32,000 nt of DNA, taken from assembly GCA_965263155.1 (NCBI GenBank), contig OZ253586.1, positions 2,499,171 through 2,531,170 of the forward strand, read 5' to 3'. Source of the stretch: Dehalococcoidia bacterium (GTDB lineage: Bacteria > Chloroflexota > Dehalococcoidia > Lucifugimonadales > JAAXIE01). The notes under the pieces are model-generated. The model was not told the origin of the DNA. It was given only the letters and a program-made list of their open reading frames with translations, and ran no database searches. Made by a program: the position numbers and the translations under genes. How positions within the stretch are numbered: the stretch's first letter is position 1; each line of letters begins with the position of its first letter. Of the stretch, positions 17,110 to 25,039 are shown piece after piece.

Positions 17110-18246
17110 TCAGCCGAGAGTGGCGACCACCTCCTGGAGCGATGCGCTGAATTCGCGCTGCTGCCACTCGCGGACCTCGGCGCTGGCTAACTCCGCCTCC
17201 AGACTTTCGGGGTATCGGGCCAGTCGTTCCAAGCTCGCCGCTGGCCATAGCAATCCCGGATTAAGTCCCAGATCCTCGCCCACCTGATTGCGCCATCCCT
17301 TCAAGCTTCGCAGGCGGACCTCCACCCTCTTGCGCTCCTCCGGGCCCAACGGATCTTCTGTCATTACCCGCTCCGGTCTCTTGACCGGCTCCGACTTAAG
17401 CCCGCTATCGATCGCGTCCTTCAACGCCCTGCTGCTTGGCGGGCGGGCAAACCGGCCCAACCCTTTGATGTTCGATAGTTCGCAGGTAGGGTCTGCGGAA
17501 AGCTGTACCAGTGTGGCATCCGGGACGACCCTGAAGACGGGGCGGTCCAGACGTCGGGCCTCTTGGTCCCGGAACTGATATAGCGATCGCAGAATAGCCA
17601 AACCCTTTTCACTCAGTTCCCGGCTGCCCTTGATGGAAAAGAAGGCCATCTCTCTATCGGGAGGCGCGTACCTCGCGTCCTGCAAGCGGACGCACTCCTC
17701 CATTACCCACTCCAGACGCGACAGCTCCCTTAACTTCTCGTCAAGGACTTCGCGGACCCGCGAAAGATGCAGTACGTCGTCGGCTGCGTAGATCAAAGCC
17801 TCCGGGCTTAGAGGGCGCAATGTCCAATCGGAGCGCTGCAGGTTCCGGGGCTTGGCCAACGCTACTCCAGCGTGTTCCTTCAGCACCGCCTGCATACCCA
17901 GCTGCGTGGAGCCAACGAATGCGGCAGCGATGCTTGTGTCGAATAAATTGTCGACGCTGAAGCCCCAGTCGCGATGCAGGCTACGGACATCGTTGCCCGC
18001 AGCATGGAAGAGCTTCTCCAGTGATCCGTTCGCGAGAAGAACGCCAAGAGGTCGGAGATCGTCGATAGCCAGCGGGTCGATGACGAATGCGGTATCGCCA
18101 GCAGCAAGCTGCACCAAGCAGATGCGTTCGTGGTACCGGAAGAAGCCGTTGGACTCCATATCAACGGCGACACGCCGCTCGTACGACAGCAGACTGACAG
18201 CTTCAGCGAGCCCAGCATCGGTATCAATGAACTCAATTTGGCCCAT
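17110..18246 (-). CDS. rnd: Ribonuclease D (3'-5' exonuclease domain plus HRDC domain)
   Basis: VAVDMESNGFFRYHERICLVQLAAGDTAFVIDPLA (ExoI), LFHAAGNDVRSLHRDWGF (ExoII), SDWTLRPLSPEALIYAADDVLHL (ExoIII), then an HRDC-like LRSLYQFRDQEARRLDRPVFRVVPDATLVQL. Confidence 0.9.
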   Translation of the reverse strand: MGQIEFIDTDAGLAEAVSLLSYERRVAVDMESNGFFRYHERICLVQLAAGDTAFVIDPLAIDDLRPLGVLLANGSLEKLFHAAGNDVRSLHRDWGFSVDNLFDTSIAAAFVGSTQLGMQAVLKEHAGVALAKPRNLQRSDWTLRPLSPEALIYAADDVLHLSRVREVLDEKLRELSRLEWVMEECVRLQDARYAPPDREMAFFSIKGSRELSEKGLAILRSLYQFRDQEARRLDRPVFRVVPDATLVQLSADPTCELSNIKGLGRFARPPSSRALKDAIDSGLKSEPVKRPERVMTEDPLGPEERKRVEVRLRSLKGWRNQVGEDLGLNPGLLWPAASLERLARYPESLEAELASAEVREWQQREFSASLQEVVATLG

Positions 18247-18506
18247 CAGTGTCTGGCGAAGCCGTACACCAGTATTGAACTCGATCTAGCAGCTTTTGGA
18301 CCGCCATTCACCATCAGGCAGAGCTGCTCCGTCATCTCACAGCTAAAGGGTTGCTCACCACGGCGCGTGCATACCACAGCCGAGATGCCTCCCTCCAAGA
18401 TGTGCCGGGCTTCCAGGCTAAAGCCTCGTCTACCAGTTCCGCTCGGGGTCTCATCAGCATGACTCGCCGCGCACACAGGCATGCTATCGCCTGGTAGCGT
18501 GGTCAA
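18246..18506 (-). CDS. Hypothetical protein (up to 86 aa), possibly translationally coupled to rnd
   Basis: Its TGA overlaps the rnd ATG (TGATG). I recognise no motif. Start is TTG at 18506 or ATG at 18482. It could be a spurious high-GC ORF. Confidence 0.25.
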   Translation of the reverse strand: MTTLPGDSMPVCAASHADETPSGTGRRGFSLEARHILEGGISAVVCTRRGEQPFSCEMTEQLCLMVNGGPKAARSSSILVYGFARH

Positions 18507-18607
18507 ACTACTCGTCGGGAGTGTATCACACCACCGTCACCGGGTTGGTTCCAGCCCTCTAGCCTGCGTCACGTCGAGATGCCAATGATTCAAGATGCAC
18601 CTCTTCC

Positions 18608-20044
18608 CTAAGTTGAAGGAGGCAGGACCCAAGGTTTGGAGCGGATGCCTCTGTCTATCGTGACAAGGTTGACTGTCGGGTCGATGAGGCGGGTTGCCGG
18701 GCGGCCGTTGAAGGCGACGTGGACATCGGCACGGACTTCGACGTCGCGATGGCCACGGTTCGTGAGGTCATCTCGGATGATGTGGGCCGTTGCCAGCACC
18801 AAGTCGGGCTGGTATGCCATGCGCTCGACCTGTGTTGGCGTCAGGTATTCTTCCGGGTAGATGAGGCGCTCCCCGTCGGTGGCAGAGCTTTTCATGCGGA
18901 AACGCACGAGTCCTGTCTTCTCCGTGACCAGCACCCTCCACGAGAAACGATAGCCCTCTTCCGTCCATTGCACGTCTCCAGCGTAAGCCAAGTGTCGCAG
19001 GGGCACGAGCACTTGTACTACGAAGAACAAGGCAGCGAGCACGAGCGCAACCCGGACAGGCCACGCTGGAGGACATCCGTGAGACCCCGCTCGTCCTAAG
19101 AGAGGGGGCTCGGGTGGCAGGTGATGCGGTCCACGCAACCGGCTAGCTACACGAGCGGGCCAGTCAGAATCAAAGAAGATGAGGGCCGCCCCAATCATTA
19201 TCCAGGGGAACATGCCAATGGCAGGGAACAGCAGTGCCGTTGCCATGTGGAACAGCACCAGCACGCCATAGGCATAGGGGCGTGACCTGCGCCACAACAG
19301 CCACCCCACGATTGTCAGGTCGAAGAGGGCCCCAGCCCAACTCATCGCGTATGCAACCCACTGCTCGCGGACAAACGCGCCGACCAGATGTACGTCAGCG
19401 CTGTTATATAACCATATAGTCAGAGGCTGGGCGTCAAACAACCAATCGGGGTTCAACTTGGCAAGGCCAGCAAAGACGTACATCAAGCCCAATTGCGCCT
19501 GCAGCACCCACAATGTTGCCCGGGGAACCACCGGAGGGTGCACGTCAGCTGGGGTCTTACGCGAATCCAACGAGGCCACTCGCGCCATGGGCAGGAACGC
19601 CATGATGAGGCTGAGCAGACTCACCAAGTAGTAGTGATTGAGGTAGGTCGTTTGGTCAATCAGCTCCAAGTAGGTGAACAGCAGGAAGAAGGCAATGATA
19701 GACCGCCGGTAGCGGTACCCCAGCGCTACACCAAGGCTGGCCAGCCCAAGGAGGGCGAAATGGACGTACATCCCCCAAACGGGCCAAGGCTGCACCCATC
19801 CGAACCCGGCATAGCTGAAATGGTAGGTGGGCTCGAGGTACACCTCTGAGATCCAACCGTTGGCCACGAACCGCACCACAGCGATAAAGCCAAGCAGGCC
19901 GAAGATGACGCGGAAAGCGGCCAGCGAGGCTGGCGACACCGGCTGGCGTCCAGCTTGGATAAGCCGGTCGAGTGGGCTAGAGACTGCTGTTGGGGCACGT
20001 TGTGCAGAGGCTATTCGTGCAGCGGAAAGGGACGGCACTACCAT
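18608..20044 (-). CDS. Vitamin K-dependent gamma-glutamyl carboxylase (VKGC)-like protein with N-terminal HTTM domain
   Basis: SLAAFRVIFGLLGFIAVVRF...YRRSIIAFFLLFTYLELIDQTTYLNHYYLVSLLSLIMAFLP is the HTTM domain. VFAGLAKLNPDW aligns with human GGCX FFAGLKKLDADW, so the catalytic-base Lys is conserved (codon 19457-19459). The C-terminal GYRFSWRVLVTEKTG...VHVAFNGRP...LIDPTVNL parallels the GGCX lumenal region GYSWDMMVHS...WVSINDR...IFDPRVDI. Confidence 0.85.
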   Translation of the reverse strand: MVVPSLSAARIASAQRAPTAVSSPLDRLIQAGRQPVSPASLAAFRVIFGLLGFIAVVRFVANGWISEVYLEPTYHFSYAGFGWVQPWPVWGMYVHFALLGLASLGVALGYRYRRSIIAFFLLFTYLELIDQTTYLNHYYLVSLLSLIMAFLPMARVASLDSRKTPADVHPPVVPRATLWVLQAQLGLMYVFAGLAKLNPDWLFDAQPLTIWLYNSADVHLVGAFVREQWVAYAMSWAGALFDLTIVGWLLWRRSRPYAYGVLVLFHMATALLFPAIGMFPWIMIGAALIFFDSDWPARVASRLRGPHHLPPEPPLLGRAGSHGCPPAWPVRVALVLAALFFVVQVLVPLRHLAYAGDVQWTEEGYRFSWRVLVTEKTGLVRFRMKSSATDGERLIYPEEYLTPTQVERMAYQPDLVLATAHIIRDDLTNRGHRDVEVRADVHVAFNGRPATRLIDPTVNLVTIDRGIRSKPWVLPPST

Positions 20045-20053
20045 GGAAGCCAG

Positions 20054-21139
20054 CTAACGCAGGCTGTCGCCGTCAGTGTCGGTGAACCCCACCGACACGC
20101 CGAGAAGGCTCACCAACTCCGTCGCCATGGTGCGCTGCAACTCCGCGAGCCTGTCGTAGGCCTCGATCACCTGACTTGGCCTCTCAGCTATGGCAACACG
20201 TAGCTGCCCTTCTACCGCGTCGAGGGCCCCTATGGCGTCGGCGAGTTGCTCCCGCAGGCGCTGGTCGGTATCTTCCGACAGCGGGCGTACCAAGGCCGAG
20301 ATGCCCAAACTGTCCGAGCCAGCTCCTTCGTAGATGCGCTGCACGCCCTGCAGTTCGTTGCGCAGGTCTGCCAAGCCGTTGTCGGCAGCGGTGCCGGGGA
20401 TGGCCGATGGGTCGGCCCCGCCATCCCGCAGCCCCAACGCCGACGCCAAACGCATGTCGACGATATCCCGAATCAGGAAGACCTGAGTCCGCACCACCTC
20501 GGCCACTCCTTCGCTGGCTAGTAGCGCTACCTCCGACCGACCGGTCAGGTAGTCACGGTACGGTGGCCCTCCGTCACCCTCGACCCACGCCGATAGAATC
20601 GCGTCGGCCTCCTGACTTGCGACGGATGTGAGCGCGGACAAGAAGGCGCATCTTGGCGAGGGACCCTGAAGAGAAGCAGTCGCTTCTTTGTCGAATAAGA
20701 CATACTCCATGGCCCCGAACCCTCTCTGATTGGAGGCAAGCGCCTCGCGGATGTCAGTGGCCGTTGGCGCACGTCCTTGGGCCAACAGTCCCTCAATGCC
20801 GTCAATGTCAGTAGGCGACCAGTCCAGCAGGCTGCGGGAACGCCTCTCCATCACCGGCCCAAACCACATCGCCCCCGATGCCATCCAAGATGCGCGGGCG
20901 GCGTGCCACGCTTGTCGGGCCGCCTCCACGGATACGTCGTCAGGATTCTGGCATACGGACTGTGTGGCCTCATCCAGCCGGGCTATATCTTCAGCAACGG
21001 CTTGGAAGGCGGGGACGGCGACCTCGTCGGCGAGGCTGATCAAGACGTCGGCGTCCGAAGGGCCTCTCGGTCCACAAGCAGCAGACAGCAGCGCCAACGC
21101 AGCCAGAATCGGGGCCAGCGACGCTAGGACGGGCCTCAT
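20054..21139 (-). CDS. Imelysin-like lipoprotein (paralogue lacking the His of GxHxxE)
   Basis: Signal LALLSAAC|G. ARQAWHAARASWMASGAMWFGPV is imelysin-like. The motif position reads GFGAMEYVLFD (Gly instead of His). The ATG lies 1 nt after the upstream stop. Confidence 0.8.
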   Translation of the reverse strand: MRPVLASLAPILAALALLSAACGPRGPSDADVLISLADEVAVPAFQAVAEDIARLDEATQSVCQNPDDVSVEAARQAWHAARASWMASGAMWFGPVMERRSRSLLDWSPTDIDGIEGLLAQGRAPTATDIREALASNQRGFGAMEYVLFDKEATASLQGPSPRCAFLSALTSVASQEADAILSAWVEGDGGPPYRDYLTGRSEVALLASEGVAEVVRTQVFLIRDIVDMRLASALGLRDGGADPSAIPGTAADNGLADLRNELQGVQRIYEGAGSDSLGISALVRPLSEDTDQRLREQLADAIGALDAVEGQLRVAIAERPSQVIEAYDRLAELQRTMATELVSLLGVSVGFTDTDGDSLR

Positions 21140-21140
21140 G

Positions 21141-22559
21141 CTACAGCGACTCCAGGAATCTCAAGAGAGCCTCGCGCTTCTCGGCGGTAAGACCCATGAA
21201 GCGTTGGCGAGAGCCCTCGGCCTCGCCGCCGTGCCACAGAATGGCTTCTTCAAGGCTGCGAGCTCGTCCGTCATGCAGAAACATGGTGTGGCCGTTGACC
21301 GTTTCAACAAGGCCTATGCCCCACAGAGGCGGGGTGCGCCACTCTGTGCCCGAAGCTTGGCCGTCGGGCCGATGGTCCGCCAAGCTGGGACCCATGTCGT
21401 GCAGCAGCAGGTCGGTATAGGGGAAAATCGCCTGGTCCCTCAAGGGGGTCAGCGGGTGGGTATCTCCGGTCTCGTGCCTAGTAGTGTGGCACAGGGAGCA
21501 TTGAGACTGCACGAACAGGCGGGCGCCCTGTTGCACCGTCTTGTCTTCAGGGTCACGCATCGCCGGTACCGCCAAGGTCTGCACGTAGACGGTTACCTTG
21601 TCCAGCCTGCTGTCGGGTATTTCCGGCGCGCCCCCGTTGCGGGCTTGCCGGCACTCCTCTTGGCTGGACGGGCAATTCTCGTTCGGGAACAGGCTGGAGG
21701 TGATACCGATGTCTCCCAGAAAGGCTCCAGCCGACTGCTGCTCGACAGTAGGCTGATTTGCCTTCCACCCGAAGCGTCCGAGGGCCAACTCTCCCTTCCT
21801 GATGTCCCAGACGTAGTTGGGGCGACCGGATATACCGTCTCCGTTGGCGTCGTCGGGGTCGGCTTGGGCTAGAATGCTTGCTTCGGGAATGGCTTCCAGC
21901 AGCCCCATGCCGATGGTGGCGGGAGCGATACGCGGCGAGACCTGCACCTGCGAGTGCACCGGGCCGAAGGCTAGGTCGCCGATGCTGTAGGTAGGCTGCC
22001 TCAGGCTATATTCCGTGCCGTCGGGGTACTTGCCGGGTAATTCTTGGTAGCTGATAACAATGCGCCCTTCTACGGGCACACCCAAGACCGCGCGGTCCTG
22101 CAACTGCCCGCCGTAGCTAGGCTCGTCGATGGGGCCATCAAGCCCAGGTATGCTGAGGCGGAGAAGCAGGCCCCTTTCCGAGTCGTCTGGTCCGTCTGGT
22201 GGCTTGCCTCTGCCGTCGTGGCCGTGGCACGAGGAGCAGGATACGGCGTTGTGAGTGGGACCCAACCCGTCCCTAGCCTTGGTGCTGGCAGGGGCTGTCA
22301 CCCAGTTCTGAGTAAAGAAGCTGTCGCCTACCTCGAATACCCGGCGCAGTTCATTGTCCAAGTTACGCGCCGATAGCTCAAAGGCGTTGCCGCTTCGTGA
22401 GAAAGCCGTGGTGTCTCCCCCCAAGCGCACATCGTAGACCGTGCGCAGATCGATGTTATCGCCTCCACCGCAAGCCACGATGGCTAACAACACAACCGCT
22501 GGCAGCAGCGATGCCAGCGGTTGTGTCCATGGCCTGACCGTAAGATTGGAACGACGCAT
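21141..22559 (-). CDS. DUF1111 di-haem cytochrome c oxidoreductase/peroxidase-like lipoprotein
   Basis: Signal LLAIVAC|GGGD. FEVGDSFFTQNWVTAPASTKARDGLGPTHNAVSCSSCHGHDGRG and QSQCSLCHTTRH supply two CxxCH haem-binding sites in the DUF1111 pattern. Confidence 0.85.
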   Translation of the reverse strand: MRRSNLTVRPWTQPLASLLPAVVLLAIVACGGGDNIDLRTVYDVRLGGDTTAFSRSGNAFELSARNLDNELRRVFEVGDSFFTQNWVTAPASTKARDGLGPTHNAVSCSSCHGHDGRGKPPDGPDDSERGLLLRLSIPGLDGPIDEPSYGGQLQDRAVLGVPVEGRIVISYQELPGKYPDGTEYSLRQPTYSIGDLAFGPVHSQVQVSPRIAPATIGMGLLEAIPEASILAQADPDDANGDGISGRPNYVWDIRKGELALGRFGWKANQPTVEQQSAGAFLGDIGITSSLFPNENCPSSQEECRQARNGGAPEIPDSRLDKVTVYVQTLAVPAMRDPEDKTVQQGARLFVQSQCSLCHTTRHETGDTHPLTPLRDQAIFPYTDLLLHDMGPSLADHRPDGQASGTEWRTPPLWGIGLVETVNGHTMFLHDGRARSLEEAILWHGGEAEGSRQRFMGLTAEKREALLRFLESL

Positions 22560-22565
22560 GTAACC

Positions 22566-23732
22566 TTAGCTGACGTTTATGGTGATACCCACCTTTTGGG
22601 CCGCGACCACGATGGTATCGGTCTGGTTCTCCAGCGCAACGATTGTGTCGAGGACGGCCCGGCGTCCAGGGTCGCCATCCGCGCGCCCCTGCTTTAGCAG
22701 GTCGTCAAAGGGGGTGGGGATAGACTTGGCTAGTGACACTGAGCGGTTGATCTCGGCCTCCAACAAAGCCGCCAACTCCTCGTCCTCGGAAGCAATCAGG
22801 TCTCGTATGCCGGGGCCGGAAACATCGCCGTAGTCGCCCGAATAAACCCTCTTCACTCCTAGTGCGTTGGCAATGATATCAGCGTTGGTGTTGTCGGAAA
22901 AGCAGGAGTGCTCGTCTTCTTGCGACCGTTCCTCGTAGGCGACGGTCATACGCTCACCAGCCAACTCACCTCGGCTCATCTCGCCGATGCCGGTAATTAT
23001 GTCGGTGATGGCGTCATCCGAATCCTTGCCTACGAATTGGGAGCGGTAGTTGCTCTGGCCGGGGGCCCAAGCTTCCACCATATCTCGCAGGTGCCCGATC
23101 AGGACGTCGGACGCGACGGCGAGGTAGGCGCTGCGACGGTCGGCGTTGGAGTTAGCGGTGTAGTCTTCTACAGGACGGTAACCTGGCCCGTCGGGGTTGA
23201 GGTCCTGCCCCCAGAGCAGGAATTCGATAGCATGCCATCCAGTGGAGACATTCTCCTCTGCGCCTTCTTCATTGATGGAGACCAGCAGACCGGCATCAAT
23301 GGTCGGGAACTGATCGGGATTGTTGATGACCCCAGCACTGGCGTTGCCTTCCACGTAATCGATGTAGGACTCGTCCAAGGGCCAAGCGTTGACAAGCCCT
23401 TCGGGACCGTCTTCCTCATTGTCGATAGGGCCGTTGTAGAAGCGGTATATCTCGGTGACTCCATAGTCGTCTCTAGCGTAGAGCCAAGCCCGCTTGGCGG
23501 CGTCGAGCCTCGGCTGCGACGGGGCAGCGAGGAAATTGTCTATCGCAGCGTCCAGAGTTGTGGCAGAGTTCAGGCTCCTGACGTAGGAGGCGTGGGCTCC
23601 GGCCGCGTAATTCTCGACGACTGACGCCTTGAGTTCGTCGCTTGCACCACCCCCGTCGCCTGAGCAAGCCGCCAAGGCTAGACCCGATATAAGGACCGAC
23701 AGGACCAGCAGACCAAGTGTTCTCTTCCTCAT
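22566..23732 (-). CDS. Imelysin (peptidase M75 / IrpA / EfeM-like) lipoprotein
   Basis: MRKRTLGLLVLSVLISGLALAAC|SGDGG lipoprotein signal. The GxHxxE signature TGWHAIEFLLWGQD is present. The ORF opens at 23765; I prefer the ATG at 23732 (AAGGAG lies 13 nt upstream), but either start is possible. Confidence 0.85.
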   Translation of the reverse strand: MRKRTLGLLVLSVLISGLALAACSGDGGGASDELKASVVENYAAGAHASYVRSLNSATTLDAAIDNFLAAPSQPRLDAAKRAWLYARDDYGVTEIYRFYNGPIDNEEDGPEGLVNAWPLDESYIDYVEGNASAGVINNPDQFPTIDAGLLVSINEEGAEENVSTGWHAIEFLLWGQDLNPDGPGYRPVEDYTANSNADRRSAYLAVASDVLIGHLRDMVEAWAPGQSNYRSQFVGKDSDDAITDIITGIGEMSRGELAGERMTVAYEERSQEDEHSCFSDNTNADIIANALGVKRVYSGDYGDVSGPGIRDLIASEDEELAALLEAEINRSVSLAKSIPTPFDDLLKQGRADGDPGRRAVLDTIVALENQTDTIVVAAQKVGITINVS

Positions 23733-23807
23733 ATGCTTTCCAGTGCTCCTTATCGAAATCTGCATGTCTACAGTATACTCACCATGACAGTTAGTGTACT
23801 CATAGTA

Positions 23808-23835
23808 TTCACAGATGGTGAGTCGATGCTATATT
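23808..23835 (+). promoter_or_regulatory. Candidate sigma-70-type promoter for the lipoprotein/giant-protease genes
   Basis: TTCACA (23808-23813), a 16-nt spacer, then TATATT (23830-23835), inside the AT-rich divergent region. On the opposite strand a perfect TTGACA (complement of 23849-23854) faces the imelysin operon. Confidence 0.3.
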
Positions 23836-23839
23836 CCTC

Positions 23840-23858
23840 GCAAATGATTGTCAATAGC
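23840..23858. promoter_or_regulatory. Fur-box-like site in the divergent control region
   Basis: GCAAATGATTGTCAATAGC matches the enterobacterial Fur consensus GATAATGATAATCATTATC at 13 of 19 positions by my count. It overlaps the minus-strand TTGACA and sits just downstream of the plus-strand -10 candidate. Confidence 0.25.
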
Positions 23859-23981
23859 GCTTAGTATAACTACGCCCCAGCAGTAGGCAACTCCCATTGG
23901 AGGTGCCCGGAAAGCCGTTCTCCGCCCGTATGACAGGACGCGACGCGCAGGTGATAACATTGCTTAGGGTTGGTCCGTACC

Positions 23982-24017
23982 CCGACTCCGGGAGTCGGCT
24001 ATACCCAGATTCTGGGT
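23982..24017. promoter_or_regulatory. Two adjacent near-perfect palindromes in the leader of the lipoprotein gene
   Basis: CCGACTCC-G-GGAGTCGG (23982-23998) and ACCCAGA-T-TCTGGGT (24003-24017), 45-80 nt upstream of the ATG at 24062. Confidence 0.4.
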
Positions 24018-24061
24018 CAGATCACGTCCAACCTGGAAGGATGCAAAGTAGAGGTAGGAAC

Positions 24062-24979
24062 ATGAGAAGGCACTTAACGCGGATAGCCATCAGTGCGAGC
24101 CTGGTCCTACTGCTGGCCCTCAGCTTGATCCTCACTGGCTGTGGCGGTTCCCGCGATGAGGTTGAGACCACAGATGTGACGTCCAGTACACCCACGAAGG
24201 TTTCCCCAGCCCAAACACCTACCTCCGAAAGTCTGGTGAACGAGGCCCCTACTGCGCCCATACCCGCATTTCCTCCATCCGAATCCTCTCCAGAGGCCTC
24301 ATATAGCCCGCAAGCGGCTTTCCCAGACGCGACACCCAGCCAAGCTGTCACCGTTCCCAGCGCCAAGGCTTCTGGGACGAGCGAAGAGCCAGTGTTGACG
24401 GAAAAGGCCCCCTTGGCTCAAATCGCAATTGTGCCCGCCTTCAACCCCCAAGACGAGCCTCCCGGTCAGGGCTTGGCGGCCCGTGACTCCGAGCCGAAGG
24501 GCATCCCCGACTCCAGGCAGCCCGTGCAGGGTACGCCCTACACTTGGCAGGACGGAGACAGGACCTTGAGTGTGCACCTGCAGGAGGACTTGGTCGTCGA
24601 AGGGGACGGCAGCAACTCAGCTGCAAACATTGTGCGAGCCCAGCCGGGAGGCAGTAGCATCGTGGCTAAGGGGGACGGCTACGTCCCCAGCAACGATGAC
24701 CTTCCGGTCTTTCGCTCCCCGTCGGGTTCGTTGATGACCTTGCCAGGTGGAGTCCTACTGGCCCTGAACGAACAATGGACTCAAGCGCAGACCAACTCAT
24801 TCTTTGCCGACAACGGCATAAAGATGGACCGAGTTTCGGAGTTGGGCTACATCACCAACGGTTTCTTCATTACAACAGACCCAGGGTTTCCCTCGCTGAA
24901 TCTGGCCAACGAGCTGGCGGCCTTTGATGGGGTGGAGGTTTCCAGCCCCAACTGGTGGAGTGAGGCAGTGACGCGGTGA
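24062..24979 (+). CDS. Lipoprotein with P/S/T/E-rich linker and a C-terminal propeptide-like (beta-alpha-beta-beta-alpha-beta) domain
   Basis: MRRHLTRIAISASLVLLLALSLILTGC|GGSRDE lipobox, with GAGGT upstream of the ATG at 24062. A low-complexity linker (about 110 aa) follows. The C-terminal part ends in ...NLANELAAFDGVEVSSPNWW. The TTG at 23897 that opens the ORF is rejected as the start. Confidence 0.75.
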   Translation: MRRHLTRIAISASLVLLLALSLILTGCGGSRDEVETTDVTSSTPTKVSPAQTPTSESLVNEAPTAPIPAFPPSESSPEASYSPQAAFPDATPSQAVTVPSAKASGTSEEPVLTEKAPLAQIAIVPAFNPQDEPPGQGLAARDSEPKGIPDSRQPVQGTPYTWQDGDRTLSVHLQEDLVVEGDGSNSAANIVRAQPGGSSIVAKGDGYVPSNDDLPVFRSPSGSLMTLPGGVLLALNEQWTQAQTNSFFADNGIKMDRVSELGYITNGFFITTDPGFPSLNLANELAAFDGVEVSSPNWWSEAVTR

Positions 24980-25039
24980 CGCGACGATGCCGGTCCATCC
25001 CATCTCACCGGAACTAAGCTTGCTTGACCGATTGACCCG

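Noticed and set aside
20730-21872. 380-aa plus-strand ORF spanning the imelysin-like/DUF1111 junction
   Set aside because: The opposite strand encodes two proteins with clear family motifs (CxxCH x2, imelysin pattern, lipoboxes). This ORF has no recognisable motif and a biased Ala/Arg/Ser composition.
23897-24061. TTG-initiated N-terminal extension of the lipoprotein ORF (MEVPGKPF...YPDSGSRLYPDSGS...)
   Set aside because: The canonical lipoprotein signal begins at the ATG at 24062, which has a GAGGT upstream. The apparent YPDSGS peptide repeat is a by-product of two DNA palindromes.
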